A stretch of 62,886 bases of DNA, counting the filler, from Octopus bimaculoides (lineage: Eukaryota): NCBI RefSeq assembly GCF_001194135.2. It is 7 parts of 7 records of this genome, joined end to end, with 100 filler letters (N's around TTAATTAATTAA, not from the genome) between each part and the next. Parts side by side here need not be neighbours in the genome. Positions count along the whole stretch, not along the records: positions 1 to 30,330 come from NC_068988.1; 6 more parts are not named here. One strand, 5' to 3'. The position numbers were made by a program, and so were the translations under genes. This document shows, in pieces, positions 1 to 12,310 of the stretch. The notes under the pieces were generated by a model. The model was given only the letters and a program-made list of their open reading frames with translations. It was not told the DNA's origin and searched no databases. Each line of letters starts with the position of its first letter. Position 1 is the first letter of the stretch.

Positions 1-1
1 T

Positions 2-225
2 GTCAAAGGCTTTCTCCATGTCAACGAAAGCCAGGTACAGAGGTTTATCCTTAGCTAGGTATTTCTCCTGCAACTGTCTCACTAGAAATAAGGCATCAGT
101 AGTGCTTTTACCTGGCACGAACCCAAACTGCATCTCATCTATATTGATTCGCTCCCTAATTAGTTGGGCTATGACCCTCTCTGTAACTTTCATAACCTGA
201 TCTAACAGCTTGATGCCTCTGTAAT
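2..225 (-). mobile_element. RTE-clade LINE reverse transcriptase fragment (runs off the window edge)
   Basis: Minus-strand translation NYRGIKLLDQVMKVTERVIAQLIRERINIDEMQFGFVPGKSTTDALFLVRQLQEKYLAKDKPLYLAFVDMEKAFD has the NYRGI, QFGF..G.ST.DA.F and F.D.EKAFD motifs of non-LTR RT. Truncated at a (TA)n tract. Confidence 0.9.
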
Positions 226-244
226 ATATATATATATATATATA

Positions 245-403
245 GGCTTCTTTCAGTTTCCATCTACCATATCCACTCACAAAGCTTTGGTGGACCCAAG
301 GCTATAGTAGAACACACTTGCCCAAAATGCCACACAGTGAGACTGAACCTACAACCATCTGGTTTGGAAACAAGCTTCTTACCACACAGCCACGCCTGCA
401 CCT
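245..403 (-). mobile_element. SINE family A (tRNA-derived, CORE-like), 5' half
   Basis: Reverse complement has A-box-like TGGCTGTGTGG, a B-box-like GGTTCAGTC and a degenerate (TTTTGGGCAAGTGTG) copy of the family's CCTTGGGCAAGTG motif. Same sequence recurs more than 10 times in the window. Confidence 0.85.
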
Positions 404-479
404 TATTTGAAATATTATTCACAAAGCAGCTGAGAACTCCATTGGCTTCACATAAAGGATTGGTTAGATGAAAGCATCA

Positions 480-1010
480 AATAAATCTCAAAAGGAGATA
501 CTTGCCTATTCTTTGAACAATAATTTACCTCAAACATAAAGGAAAAAATGTTTCCAAGGTCTCACATAGGCATGTAAAACTCAGATTAAGGAGATTAAAA
601 GCAATTGGTGGTTAGAAAACACTACTGAGCTCCAGCAATGTGCAGATACTGTGGATCTTAGAAATTTCTACACCTGTACCAATGAGTTATACAGCCCAAT
701 CCCAAACTTCAATGGATATTTTGAAGAATGCCTATGTCAACATTCTTACTGACAGCCAAAGCATTCTGAGCCACTTGGGTCTTTTCCTAAATAGGACTTC
801 AGTGTAGCAGCAGATTTTCTTAGAACTGTGCCTCAATATACTCCTTAATCATGGATGTCAAACCCTCATGAAGTCAGTGATACCATCAAAATATTCAAAC
901 AAAGAAATCATCTGGTCTAGACAACATCCCTCTAGTATTTGTTCAAAATGGTGGCCATCTTAAAGAAAACAACTACTTAAATTCATCTTGAGAAAGTGGG
1001 AAAACCAAAT
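480..1010 (+). mobile_element. Degenerate RTE-clade LINE ORF2 fragment (region between endonuclease and RT)
   Basis: Frameshifted translation SNWWLENTTELQQCADTVDLRNFY...ILTDSQSIL...SGLDNIPL.FVQNGG resembles the WW..KA.E.Q..AD..D...FY and PG.D.IP.E..K.GG motifs of RTE ORF2. Confidence 0.65.
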
Positions 1011-1048
1011 AGTACTTGAAAAGAAAAGTCAGCCTTAGCTGGATTTAA

Positions 1049-1271
1049 CCTTTTTGTTACCCTATTTTCTGTCGAGATATTCTGTGTTTCTTTCAATTAA
1101 TTTTAAATATAACAAAGAATTTAGTAAAATAACTTAGTTATCATTAAGCTAATGTTAGAAATATAAATTATGACTAAGATTTGGTGGAAGATTTTATTTC
1201 AGAATTTTTGAAAACAAGACATTTGTACTACAGAGCCAGAAGGAGTTTCAGCTGGGTTGGTAACAAAATGG
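1049..1271. mobile_element. piggyBac-type MITE
   Basis: TTAA at 1045-1048 and 1272-1275 flank 13-bp TIRs CCTTTTTGTTACC / GGTAACAAAATGG (1 mismatch). Confidence 0.8.
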
Positions 1272-3154
1272 TTAAACACATGAGAAAGAGCTGAAACAAA
1301 TACTACCAGGCGATTTTCTCATTCCCTAACATTCTAACTTAACTAAAATGTAATATATATATATATATANNNNNNNNNNNNNNNNNNNNNNNNNNNNNNN
1401 NNNNNNNNNNNNNNNNNNNNNNNNNGGAATTAGTTGGAGATATGGATTATGATCAAGTTTGTATTTTATATACCATTCTCATCATTTTCAGATGAAAAAT
1501 AAAAGAAAATATTTGTTTTGTTCTTAATTTATTAATATCTTAGTGTCTATACTCAAATATTTCTATAGAAGACTTCTATTTCATTCTTCTGAAATAAATA
1601 TAAATAGCGCCAGCATAGGTTCAAGTTCAGTTTTTATAAGACCTTTTCTTAAAACTTTACATCAAAGTATCAACTAACATAAAAAAAAATCAATATGTGT
1701 TTCTGTTTTTATAGACTGGAAAAGCTGACTAAATATTGGAGATAGACATCTTCAGAATGAAATGTTGATAACAAAATCAGTCACATTTGTTCTTTAGAGA
1801 TCTTTAGATTTGTGGTGGTTCTACAAATGATACGAGGATGTGTAAATTATATTTAAAAGGGATAATAGCTGTTCCTTTTAGAGAAGATACAAAAGATTGT
1901 TAAGTATTCTTTGCTTGATATAGAATGCGAACAATTACATGTGCAAAATCAATTTAGCAGTCAAGAAACTGTTCTTTTTACTATTATTACATACACCTAA
2001 TGAATATGGAATTGACTCTACCCATGTAATGTTATTCACAAATATAATATCCCTCTCAAATAAATATAAATTAAGCTGCCAAGCTTATCATCTCTTCTGC
2101 TTACAACAATTAATAAAAAAGCAAGAAAAATGTCATTGATTGAAATAGAACATGAAACAGTAGAGAGAAAATTCACAGGAAAGAATGAGATATTTTAAAG
2201 TTTACAATCTGCCTCTAAGAATATCTTTCTACTAACAGGGGGAAATAAAAAGAAAAAGGTTTCAAGAAAACAAATTTTCTTTCTTGATTGAGTAAAAGAT
2301 ACGTAAATGAACAGATGTAGATAATGTAAAAAAAATTTTATATACATATAATGTATTAATAAATGACAGAAAAATGAAGTATTATTAAAATATTCAGCTT
2401 TCAAATTTGAGTTAAGTGCTTTTAAAATGCATTTAACTTTACCTGAGAATGATTTCTGAATTTTATAGTTTTCTTATCTTTATGATCATTTTCTTTTTTT
2501 GTAATACCACCAGCACCACCATGATCATCATATCTTAGTTTTTATTTAAATTCTAAGCTTTCAAATCAATTATTAACTTTAGGCTTCCTACGAAGTGTCC
2601 TTGAAGAAATTATACTACATTTCCTACAATAAGGTAAAAACTGTGATAGTAGAAGATTACTAACAAGGTTCGTAGAATTGATGTGACAGGCTATCATCAC
2701 AGTAAATAAAATGAATAGATTAATTTCATATGATGTCGGGAGGCGGATGGTAAATAAAATCTATGAATGTTCTAGTTTAAATTTAATTGAAAGCTTCACT
2801 GAGTGTATGATGTGGATAATACCATCAGTGAGAGTGTAATTAAGATAGTGTTGAGGTATGGAACTTCAAGATACAAATTTACGTATCAAGAGACGTAATT
2901 CATGAATTGTGTTGTCTCTCAAAAGCAGTACAATTGATTAAATGATTGTAATGAATTGTAATGTTGTTATAGTGTAGCAGCGTTATTTGCTACGTGACTA
3001 CCAGTTCTACCTCTCTACATATTCTGTACAGTTTCCATCTGTGTGGTGTTTCTTAACAACCAATATATATCAACTGCACAGTATCTTTTTAAAAACTCGA
3101 TGTCTATAATGCTGTACCTCTTAGCAACCCCATTATCTTACTGCATTGTTTCTC

Positions 3155-3274
3155 TAAGAAATCTGATAGAAATGGTAGCTAAATTTCCATCAAATCATAT
3201 TTTGCCATTAAAATAAGAAATCTGATAGAAATAGTAGCTAAATTTCCATCAAGTCATATCTTGCCATTAAAAAT
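3155..3274 (+). repeat. 59-bp tandem duplication (2 copies)
   Basis: TAAGAAATCTGATAGAAAT(G/A)GTAGCTAAATTTCCATCAA(A/G)TCATAT(T/C)TTGCCATTAAAA starts at 3155 and again at 3214. Confidence 0.9.
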
Positions 3275-4379
3275 AAAAAAACAAACACGTTAGATAATGT
3301 TGTTCAAGATATATTATGACTGTATATTTGTTACACTTATTTTGCACTGATTTGATGTATTCAAATTGCCAGAGGGAATATTTATAATGTATGTAAATTA
3401 TGTCCAGTGAAATGACCAACTTTTTGACATTTTTACTGGACATTAGACAAAGCTGTGTTTCATTCAATCCATCTCTTATTTTGGTTGATTTCTGTTCTTT
3501 ATGACTAAGAACATGAAATCCCATAGCTTGGAAGATGGCTAACTTAGCTCAACTTCACTGATGCTATCACTTTAATTGCAGCCAGTTGCACACACAGTAT
3601 GACAGTCTTCAGTGAAGCAGCACTAAAATCACATTTCAAAAGATTTATCTCTTTGAAGAGCCACCCATCAAGACAGAAGATCAACAAATAGATGCTATAA
3701 AGATCATTTATCAGAGTGGTACAGTTGATAGTAAAATACAGTTTGGTAGAGAAGACAAAATTAGTAAAACTTAAAGCTGTTTTATTCACATGATGTTGCT
3801 AGTTTAGAAATCCAACAAGATCGATATAAAGATAAAAAAACATCTTAAAGGATATAGTTCTTTCAGCATCCATTTATGCTAATGAAACCAAGAAAAGAAG
3901 AGCAAAGATATTCCCTGGCATTAAATTATACAACCCAAAATATCATCAGAAATTGCTTTAAAATGTAAAAGAGATTAAATGAATGGAAAGGAGTCTTTTT
4001 ATCTTTTTATTTTGGAAGGTCATATTGGTTTATATGCAATCCAATCAGGTTGTATCAAAAAAATAATTATTAAACATATGAAAAATGTAATTATAGATAG
4101 ATATTGTGAAAATGTAATTATAACTACTAAAGTAAGAGATAAACATATAAACTAAGGTTTTAATAATAGATATGATGTCATACCAAATCTATCACATGAT
4201 ATATCAATTAGTAAAAATAGATGAGGGTGAAAGAAAATGTTAACAAAGATCAATAAACTATTATACTTTTATCTGTTCTTACCAGAACCAGATTAGGAAT
4301 GTATAAACATATCAGATATGATGAAATACATTAATAAACAAATGTTCTCTTGGTTGTGATTGCTCATATTCCTTTAACC

Positions 4380-5245
4380 CAAGGGATCTCAATCATTTTT
4401 TTATCTATGGATCCCTTTGATTACTATTTTATGTTGGTGGCCCCCACCTCCCACCATAGCCACACGAAGTTTAAAAACTAGTTTTATAGAAACTTCTTTC
4501 AAAATTCCTGTTCTTTCAAAATTCCTCAAGTTCAGTCACACTGTGTTGCACATAGGGCAAGTGCCACCTACTATAGTCTCCAACTGTCTTGTGAGTGAAT
4601 CTGATAGACAGAATCTGAAAGAAGCTCATAGTATATGTGTGTATGTATGCATATATAAATGTATGTATGTTGTGTATATATTTTAGTTCTGTAGCACACC
4701 AACAGATGGCAGTACATGGTTGCGTATAGAGTGAGAGTTAGCAGTAACCTTCATGAGGCAGTGTGCCAAGTGATATAACTGTTTCTACTTTGCAGGTCAT
4801 GAAATTTGTGTTTTTGTGATCACGTGCATGCTGTAGTCTGCAATTTTTGAAACTGGAACCAAGAGCAAAGGTGAAATTTTGCATTAAAATTAGGAAGTCC
4901 TGCTACAGAGACATTGAGCATGCTATAGCAAGTTAAGGCGATGAAGCAATGGGTCATATGTAATGTTTCAAGTGGCACGGGCACTTCAAAAGTGGAAGAA
5001 CCTCCCTGAAAGACGATAGAAACTTATTTCAAAATTCTTGTTTTGTTTTTCACACATTAACTCAGGTAAGTTGAACTGTATAAAATGTTAGAGAATGAAA
5101 CCTAACTGCTACTTGCAATACATACTACTACATACATCTAAAGCAAAATTTTTTCAGGGTCCCTTAAAATGCTCGGATCCCTAATTTACTATTTTGTTAT
5201 AAAGACTCCCAAAAATCTTATAAGGAACCTGGGTGAGAATCACTG
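4380..5245 (+). mobile_element. hAT-type MITE split by an internal insertion
   Basis: Imperfect ends CAAGGGATCTCAATC / TGAGAATCACTG. Candidate 8-bp TSD CTTTAACC (4372-4379) vs CTTTAGCA (5246-5253). The same family occurs in reverse orientation at about 31910-32190. Confidence 0.6.
4700..5017 (+). mobile_element. mariner transposase 5' fragment (first HTH region)
   Basis: Degenerate translation ...KFCIK.GSPATETLSML...GDEAMG...FKWHGHFKSGRTSL.DD matches mariner N-termini. Confidence 0.75.
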
Positions 5246-5309
5246 CTTTAGCACATTAACATTTGAAAAGGCCAAAATATTCTTTGTTTTATGCTCCAAC
5301 AGGCCAGAT

Positions 5310-5846
5310 CTAAACTCTCACACTTGGAAGACCAGCCACGGGCATCCCCCTACCACACCCCACCGGAAATGAGGAGAAAATTCATCAGCTGGTGCATGAG
5401 GATCATCGGACGAAAATCAACAACATTGCTAATGTTGTTGGTCTGTCATATAGGTCCAGGCAGGCAATCCCAACATCCGGATTCTTCATGACGACAATGC
5501 ACCGTTACTGAGCTCTCCTCACTTGTGAGTTTCTTACTAAAAACAACATGGTATCACTTCCACACCCACCCTATTTGCCAGATTTAGCACCTGCAGATTT
5601 CCATCTCTTATGAAAAAAGAAAATGCTGCTCAAAGGTCGCTGTTTTAACACTGTTGTCAAGATCAAGAGTGAATTGCAAAAAGGTCCTCAACTTGTTTAT
5701 GGAAAATTACTTCCAAGCCAGATTACATATGTAATCTGGAATGTTGGGACTGGTGAATTGCTGCACAAGGTGACTATTCTGAGGGAATTCATGTTAAAAC
5801 TTAGGTAATTAATTAGTTCAGGAACTCTTCGATACCACCTCATGTA
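5310..5846 (+). mobile_element. Internally deleted mariner element with 3' TIR
   Basis: LEDQPR...EKIHQLVHEDHRTKINNIANVVGLSY, then ILHDDNAP, HPPYLPDLAPADF and QGDYSEG motifs. TIR-like AGTTCAGGAACTCTTCGATACCACCTCATGTA at about 5815-5846. Confidence 0.85.
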
Positions 5847-6149
5847 TATGTATGCGCATGTGTTTGTGTGTGTGTTTGTGTTAAAGTAGTGAAGAAAGGT
5901 AAACAATTAAGCAAGATATGACAAGGATATTTAATTTAAATTAATTCAGTCTAATTTAGCTACTTAATGAATGGTTAAAGATAGGAAAAATAATAGTCTC
6001 TGACAGCTGTCTCTGGGATATCCCAGTTATTGGAGCATTGTGTTGAGCGAAGATTCTGTAAGCTGGGTATTCCATCATTGGAGAGATATAGGTAAGACAG
6101 TGGAAGAAAGTTCTCAATCAATGATATTTGTTGTAGTTCATTATGTCCA

Positions 6150-6645
6150 GGAGGGTGGAAGGGTCCAATTAAACCCAGTTAGATTGGGTATTCTTTCAGT
6201 AAATCCATGATCAGAAAGGATGGTCATGTAGAACACCATAGATCTAAGAATATGAGATCTTGCAGCTATGCATAAGCTGCCTTTCTTACATCTATTAACA
6301 TATGGCTTGGATTTCTCCACAATTATCCACTTAATTTTAGGTGGTGTAGAGTTAGTCTCCACACACAGCCAGCCAACTTAGTTGCATTACTTTTGTTGAT
6401 GTGCTGGTAAGAAGATAAGTGGATGGCATACATGTTTTTTAAACCCCCTTCACACAACCCAATGTAATTCTTCTATCCAATGAAGTTATCTTGAAGTTCT
6501 GCTGTTATTTCTACCTTATACATGATGGAGTTTATCATATATACCTGGCATGTGGCCAAGATTCAGGATCTCAAAAGTTACAACTGGAAATGGGCTGTTG
6601 GTGATTTTCATGAGTAATAATATTCTTGATACTGAGGATAACTGA
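6150..6645 (-). mobile_element. Penelope-like element GIY-YIG endonuclease fragment
   Basis: Degenerate minus-strand translation: CNF*DPESWP...SIMYKVEI...KNYIGLCEG..K..YAIHLSSYQHINKSNATKLAGCVWRL...IKWIIVEKSKPYVNRCKKGSLC. This matches the PLE CxC...CP, IY...YIG and I.W.I...PY...C.LC layout. Confidence 0.75.
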
Positions 6646-6709
6646 GCACACACACACACACACACACACAAACATACAGATAGATAGATGTGCATACACA
6701 TATATATAT

Positions 6710-7035
6710 ATGGAGCAGCTGTTTTGTAAGAGGCTTGCTTCTCAACCACATGATTCCAGGTTCGGTCCCACTGCATTCCACCTTGGTAAGTGTCTTCTAC
6801 TATAGCCTCAGGTGAATCAAAGCCTTGTGAATGGATTTGGTAGACGGAAACTGAAAGAAGCCTGTTATATCTATGTCCCCATAACTTAACAGTTTGGCAA
6901 AAGTGATTGATAGAATAAGTACTATGTTTACAAACAATAAGTCCTGGGGTCGATTTTTTAAAACTAAAGGTGGTGCTCCAGCATGGCCACAGTCAAATGA
7001 CTGAAACAAGTGAAAGAATAAAAGAATGAAAGAAT
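6710..7035 (+). mobile_element. SINE family A, near full length
   Basis: tRNA-like head, CCTTGG(T)AAGTGTCTTCTACTATAGCCTC body, tail GGTGCTCCAGCATGGCCACAGTCAAATGACTGAAAC. Confidence 0.85.
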
Positions 7036-7331
7036 ATATATGATGTGTGTGTGTGTGTGAGTGTGAATGTATCTGCATGTATTACTGTCTATGTTGCTGT
7101 AACGTCTATTTATGTTCTTTAACTTAATAGTCCCCAAAGATCAATATTACCAGACTGAATTATAATTGGTTTTAATATGATTGACATAGCCCTTGAAAGC
7201 AAGCCCCCCAGGATGTTGAATCAGTCTTTTACTAAAGACTAGCTTTTAGTAAATGTTTAAAATGAATTTCTTACACTACTAACAAATAGCATTTCAAGAT
7301 TAGAATCAATTCAAGTATTCAACAATTACAT

Positions 7332-7375
<44 letters not shown>

Positions 7376-10300
7376 AAATAAGAAACATTATTCAACTGAG
7401 TCAATACATTTAACAACAGTAAATCACGAAGTACGCTCTGTTGAAAGAAATTGAAATATCCATGAATTCATTTCGTAAGGAATATTTTATAAGTAAATAA
7501 TAATTCTAATTATCAAAAGGAATATTAGATAGGCAAATAATGATTCTCTTTATCAAGAATATGCAAACAAATATTCCAAAATAAATCATGGAACAGTTTC
7601 TATTAGTTTTGTCTCATTATAAAGAGAAGATTTAATCATGCTATATCTTATTATTGTAAAATTCTTTAACAAGAATCAAAATCTTCTCAGACTTCCTATT
7701 AAGCTTTGCTGCAAAACTTGAATAGGATATAGGAAAATCATAGAAACAATTGCCATTGTACAATACTGCAATTGTGAATAAATTATCAAGTAACAAATAA
7801 TTCACATCACATGTGTGTGTATAGAAGTTAAGAAGATTATCCCAAAATATTTCAAAGAAAGTGAAATCTTCTAGTGAAGCTAAACGTTTTCTCAGAGGTC
7901 AGCTAAAAGGAATCATTCAGAGACCTGTGTCACAACTACAAGAGAAATAGATGCAATATCTGATAGATTAGATAGTAAAAAAAAACAGGGGAAAAATAAA
8001 AACGTATTTTACTATGAGTAAAACTGAGAAAATAAACGATGACAGTGCTCGATGATGTAGGGTAGCCATAGTAATCTCTTTGCTTCTGTTAGATTTATAA
8101 CAGAGATCTGTCATGAACAGAACCAATAAAACATGTGAGATATTTATTTATTTTCTTTACCAATGAAGAAATACAATTTTTATGTGTTGCCATTTAGCCC
8201 CTGGTCAGCTCTGACATAGGTGATCTATAGTCAAAGACAACCCAATCATGACTGCCCTAACTTTTTATTGGGTAGAGGAGGTAAAATCTAGCAGTGGTTG
8301 TTATCACAAGATGGGTTACTGTTGCACATAAAACTCTGGCATAAGTATTGGCATGGGCAAAGTGCAATGACTGAAACAAGTAAACGAATACAAACTGCGG
8401 GTAATTACTACGACTAATACAACTTCAATATGACTTAATCAGTATTTCTGAGGACGCATTATTAGATTTGAAAAAAATTTCAACCAGATTCAGTTATAAA
8501 CTTGTAATTTGCAAAAACAAAATGATTATAAAGAAACTTTTCCACCTTTGGTAGGTATATAGAACTCAGTAAAACCAATAGAATATATACATGATAATTA
8601 GACTGAATTATCTGTTTCTTTCCCTTATTTTAAGACAATGAGATAAGATTTGAATGCAGTTTCACAACTCTTCCTAGAGCATTGACTGGCCATATATAAT
8701 GTTGCTCATAAGTTTATTAGTTCTCCTACAGAGTCACCTAGTCTAAGCTATGTCAGTGGTATTGGTCAGCATATGGATCACTGGTAGGCCCAGTTATAAG
8801 GGTTAGTGTCATGGGTTAGTGTTAAATGTTATGTAGTAGTCAGTAGTAGATGTGTATGGTATTGGTCAGTGGCAAGTGTCAGTCACATGGCTTAATGATA
8901 GTGGTCAGTGATAGAAATCATTGGTAGCAGAGATATGATTGAGTGGTATATGTCAGTGGTTGTGGTCAGTGGTATAATTCAGTAGTTGTAGTCAGAGTAT
9001 GGGTAAATGGTAGAAATCAGTTGGTACAATTCAATGGTCACAGGTTAGTGGTATTAGTATTACTCATATTCAGTTTTGATTTATTAGTTTTAATCCTTCA
9101 AAGAAACATAAAATTAAATTACGTAATTGTGCAGGGGTGTCAAACATATGGCTTACATGCTAGATCCAGCCTAGGTCAATGTTTAGTCTAGCCTATAGCT
9201 CAATTTTATGTTAAAAAAATATTATTGTTATATACATTTTACAATATTTATCAATAGTATGCATTCAGAGTTGGAATCTTACTAGTGTCATGATTAACAT
9301 TTTTTTTGTTTTTGTTTTTAGTAGAAATCAGTGGTCCTAAGGAAATCTTTAATCTCAACTAATAGAAAAAGAAGCTTATGAATCTATGTCCTAAAAATTA
9401 ATTATTTCTCCTTAATTTACACATGACAAGCCAAACTAAGGAAGGACTTTTGTTGTTATTTTGTATTAAATTTACAAATATTTTTTGTCACAATGGGTTC
9501 TAATGGTATGAATGATACTGGAAGATTTTGTTGCTTATACAGTGTAAGATTTCTACCAAGCATTGATTTTTTTTTTCAATAAAAGTATGCTGCCATTTCG
9601 ATAATTTCTATCTATTCTCACTCTAAAGACTCTTATTTATAGGACTGTATATATACTACATGGATGAGATTTTCCCATATATCCCTGCACACAAATTTTG
9701 CTAACATTCTATATTCTTTACTTCATTTATTTGTTAATATTGTTAAAGTTATAATGTATGTTAGCCTACATTATGAATAGGGTTTTTAGAAATCATTGTC
9801 TTTTGCTTCAAACTGAATCAAAATGCCAAATGAGTTGGAAACACATTCACTATACTATGGAGTATATCTAATCTAAAGGAAGTACAAGAGTTTACAGGAG
9901 ACTGTACAGACAAAGAAATATTGTAGACCAATACCTAAGCAAATGTTTTAAAATGTTTCTTCATGAGCAGAAAAAGAGGCAGTGAAATCAACCAGAATGT
10001 TTCCCCTTTGACTGCCTGAGGAGAAATTGTATAAATATTTATTTATAACAATCTATTTTGTCCAATTTCACAGAAAGTGTAAAATAAAAGCTGGAGCTAA
10101 AATTATGATAGTTATACTCATTAGTAAATTTTTAATTATTAAAACAACCTGCTTAGCATATCAGTAATTGCTTAATAATTGCAGATATTTGTGAATTATT
10201 AGCAAATACAGAAGAAAAAGAAAGAGCTGTATGGCAAAACATCAAGAAATATAAGCATATTTGCTTATGTACGTGTGCAAGTGTTTTGATGTATGTATGT

Positions 10301-10660
10301 TTGCATGTACAAATGTTTCTATATGAGTATATATAAATCTATCATGGACTCTCCCGTTGTTAGACGACATATGTGGGTTCAGTAATTTCTTGCCAAACAA
10401 GATGATTTGCTTATAGTGATCAAATGTTTGTGTTCACATAAGCTCACTCCATCCATGAAATCAACATTATCTGAATAGGTGCACAATGTGCCACATATCA
10501 GATGATGAAATGATTGCATAGCTATGTGAAATGAAGTGCTTTGCTCAAGAACACAATGCAATGCCTGGTCTGGGAATCAAACCCATAATCTCACAATCAT
10601 GAATACAACACCTTAACTACTAAGCCATGTGCCTTCACATATAAATTTATATGCATATAC

Positions 10661-10820
10661 ATCATCATCATCATCATCATCATCGTTTAACGTCCGCTTT
10701 CCATGCTGGCATGGGTTGGACGATTTGACTGAGGACTGGTGAAACCGGATGGCAACACCAGGCTCCAATCTAATTTGGCAGATTTTCTACAGTTGGATGC
10801 CCTTCCTAACGCCAACCACA
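10661..10820 (-). mobile_element. SINE/LINE-tail repeat ending in (GAT)n (RTE-type 3' end)
   Basis: Reverse complement ends CCAACCCATGCCAGCATGGAAAGCGGACGTTAAACGATGATG. Related copies at about 12330-12520, 26320-26470 (+) and 30645-30770. Confidence 0.7.
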
Positions 10821-10826
10821 CATGTA

Positions 10827-11683
10827 CAGGGTGTGATGGGTAAATTGTCACCATTTCATATTTTTAATTTTGCACACGCACATTGTTTGCTTTTGATTTC
10901 GTTGACTACACAGTATAGTAGGGTTAGTTGGGCACTGTCTTTGAGAAAAACAACACCATGATGAAATTCACTCAGCCAGAAATTTGGAAACGACATGCTG
11001 TACAACTTGGCATTCAGGATGGAAACTCCCATACAAACTTTTCAGAGTGTTTGGGTGTCAATCTCAGGACAGTGCAATTTGAGAACATGTACTGAAAGTG
11101 ATAAAAATCAAACATCCAGTCATGAATGTTTGATCATGGTGTTTGGAGTGATCACTAGTGATGGTGACGTTATGCCTCCATTCATCCTTCAACATGGCCT
11201 CAGACTCAACATGGAGGCCTACATCAAGTGCCTGGAGGAGGTAGTGCCACTCTGGATCAAGAGAGTGGCTGATGGAATGCCCTATGTCTGACAACAGGAC
11301 TCTGAACCATGCCACACAAGCAGGAGAACCCAGTCATGGCTGTCAGACAATTTCTTCGACCACATCATCGCTAACATCTGGCCAGACTGCAACCCCCTTG
11401 ATTATTATGCAGTTGAGCAAGAGACCAACAAAACTCCTTGTAACACCAAAGATGAACTGAAGGCAAGGATTATGGCAGCATTCACCAACTTAAACAAAGA
11501 GAACATCCAGAAGAGTTGCACGAGGCCGTGATTGAAACTAATGGGTATTTTATTGAATAAATTTACTCTTTAGTATTTCAAGATATTTTTATGTAATTTT
11601 GGTAAATATATCTGTTAAAATGAGATGTCAGTGTTATTTTCATTTTTGCGTTATCTAAACAACAGTTTATTCACTGCTCCCTG
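10827..11683 (+). mobile_element. Non-autonomous DD37D (maT-like) Tc1/mariner element, copy 1
   Basis: TA-flanked imperfect TIRs (CAGGGTGTGATGGGTAAATTGTC / GACTAAAC-like end ...TTTATTCACTGCTCCCTG). Translation IMVFGVITSDGDVMPPF...PYV*QQDSEPCHTSRRTQSWLSDNF...DCNPLDYY with stops and deletions. Confidence 0.85.
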
Positions 11684-11829
11684 TATATATTTATGAATGT
11701 ATTTGCAAATATGTAAGTATATATTGTGTATGCTATATAAATTAGCAACTCTATCCTAACCTGGATGTTTTGCTTAGGCTGCAGTAAACAATCTGGAAAA
11801 TTATTATTATAACTACTACTACTACTGCT

Positions 11830-12050
11830 AAGGCAGCAAGCTGGCAGATTCGTTAGCACACCAGGCTAAATGCTTAGCCGTATTTCTTCTGCCACTATGT
11901 TCTGAGTTCAAATTCCACCAAGGTTTACTTTACCATTCATCCTTTCAGGGTCGATAAATTAAGTACCAGTTGAGTACTAGGGTCGATGTAACCGGCTATC
12001 CCCCTGCCCCAAATTTCAGGCCTTCTACCTATTGTAGAAAGTGTTATTAT
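11830..12050 (+). mobile_element. SINE family B (tRNA-derived)
   Basis: GCTGGCAGATTCGTTAGCAC head, B-box GAGTTCAAATTCC, central TTCATCCTTTCAGGGTCGATAAATTAAGTACCAG. Other copies at about 22430-22625 (+), 52820-53030 (-), 53385-53590 (-) and 60465-60610 (+). The central domain resembles Meta/V-type SINE domains from memory (unverified). Confidence 0.8.
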
Positions 12051-12109
12051 TCCCTTATAGTAGAAAGTGTTATTATTCCCTTATAGTAGAAAGTGTTATT
12101 ATTCCCTTA
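12034..12109 (+). repeat. 26-bp tandem repeat x3 at a SINE tail
   Basis: GTAGAAAGTGTTATTATTCCCTTATA repeated head to tail with no spacers. Confidence 0.9.
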
Positions 12110-12310
12110 GCAAAGGTGGAAGTATTGTTTTCAGTCATGTTTGTTTGTTTGTCCGTGGACAAGATATCTCAAGAACGTCTGGATGGATTCAGATGAAACA
12201 TTCAGGGCTGTCTAGCCTCGTGACTGGCACAAACTGATTAGATTTTGGGATCAATTTGGTACAGGACAAGGATTCTGGATTTTTCCTGTTTTTTTACTTA
12301 ATTTTTGAGT
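12103..12310 (+). mobile_element. Helentron-associated (HINE/DINE-1-like) non-autonomous element fragment
   Basis: Layout GTATTGTTTTC...(GTTT)n GTCCGTGGACAAGATATCTCAAGAACG..GGATGGATTCAGATGAAAC resembles HINE-type 5' regions (recalled similarity). Confidence 0.45.

Noticed and set aside
2583-2633. Plus-strand 51-nt pseudo-exon (TTTAG|GCTTCC...AATAAG|GTAAAA; ASYEVSLKKLYYISYNK)
   Set aside because: Isolated, on the opposite strand to the other candidates, and with no partner exon or recognisable peptide.
3622-3774. Protein-like plus frame TKITFQKIYLFEEPPIKTEDQQIDAIKIIYQSGTVDSKIQFGREDKISKT*
   Set aside because: No start codon, weak acceptor, upstream in-frame stops and no recognisable family. 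The length is within chance expectation.
12034-12109. 26-bp x3 direct repeat (and the 59-bp x2 repeat at 3155-3274) as a CRISPR-like array
   Set aside because: Head-to-tail with no unique spacers, no cas genes, eukaryotic context.
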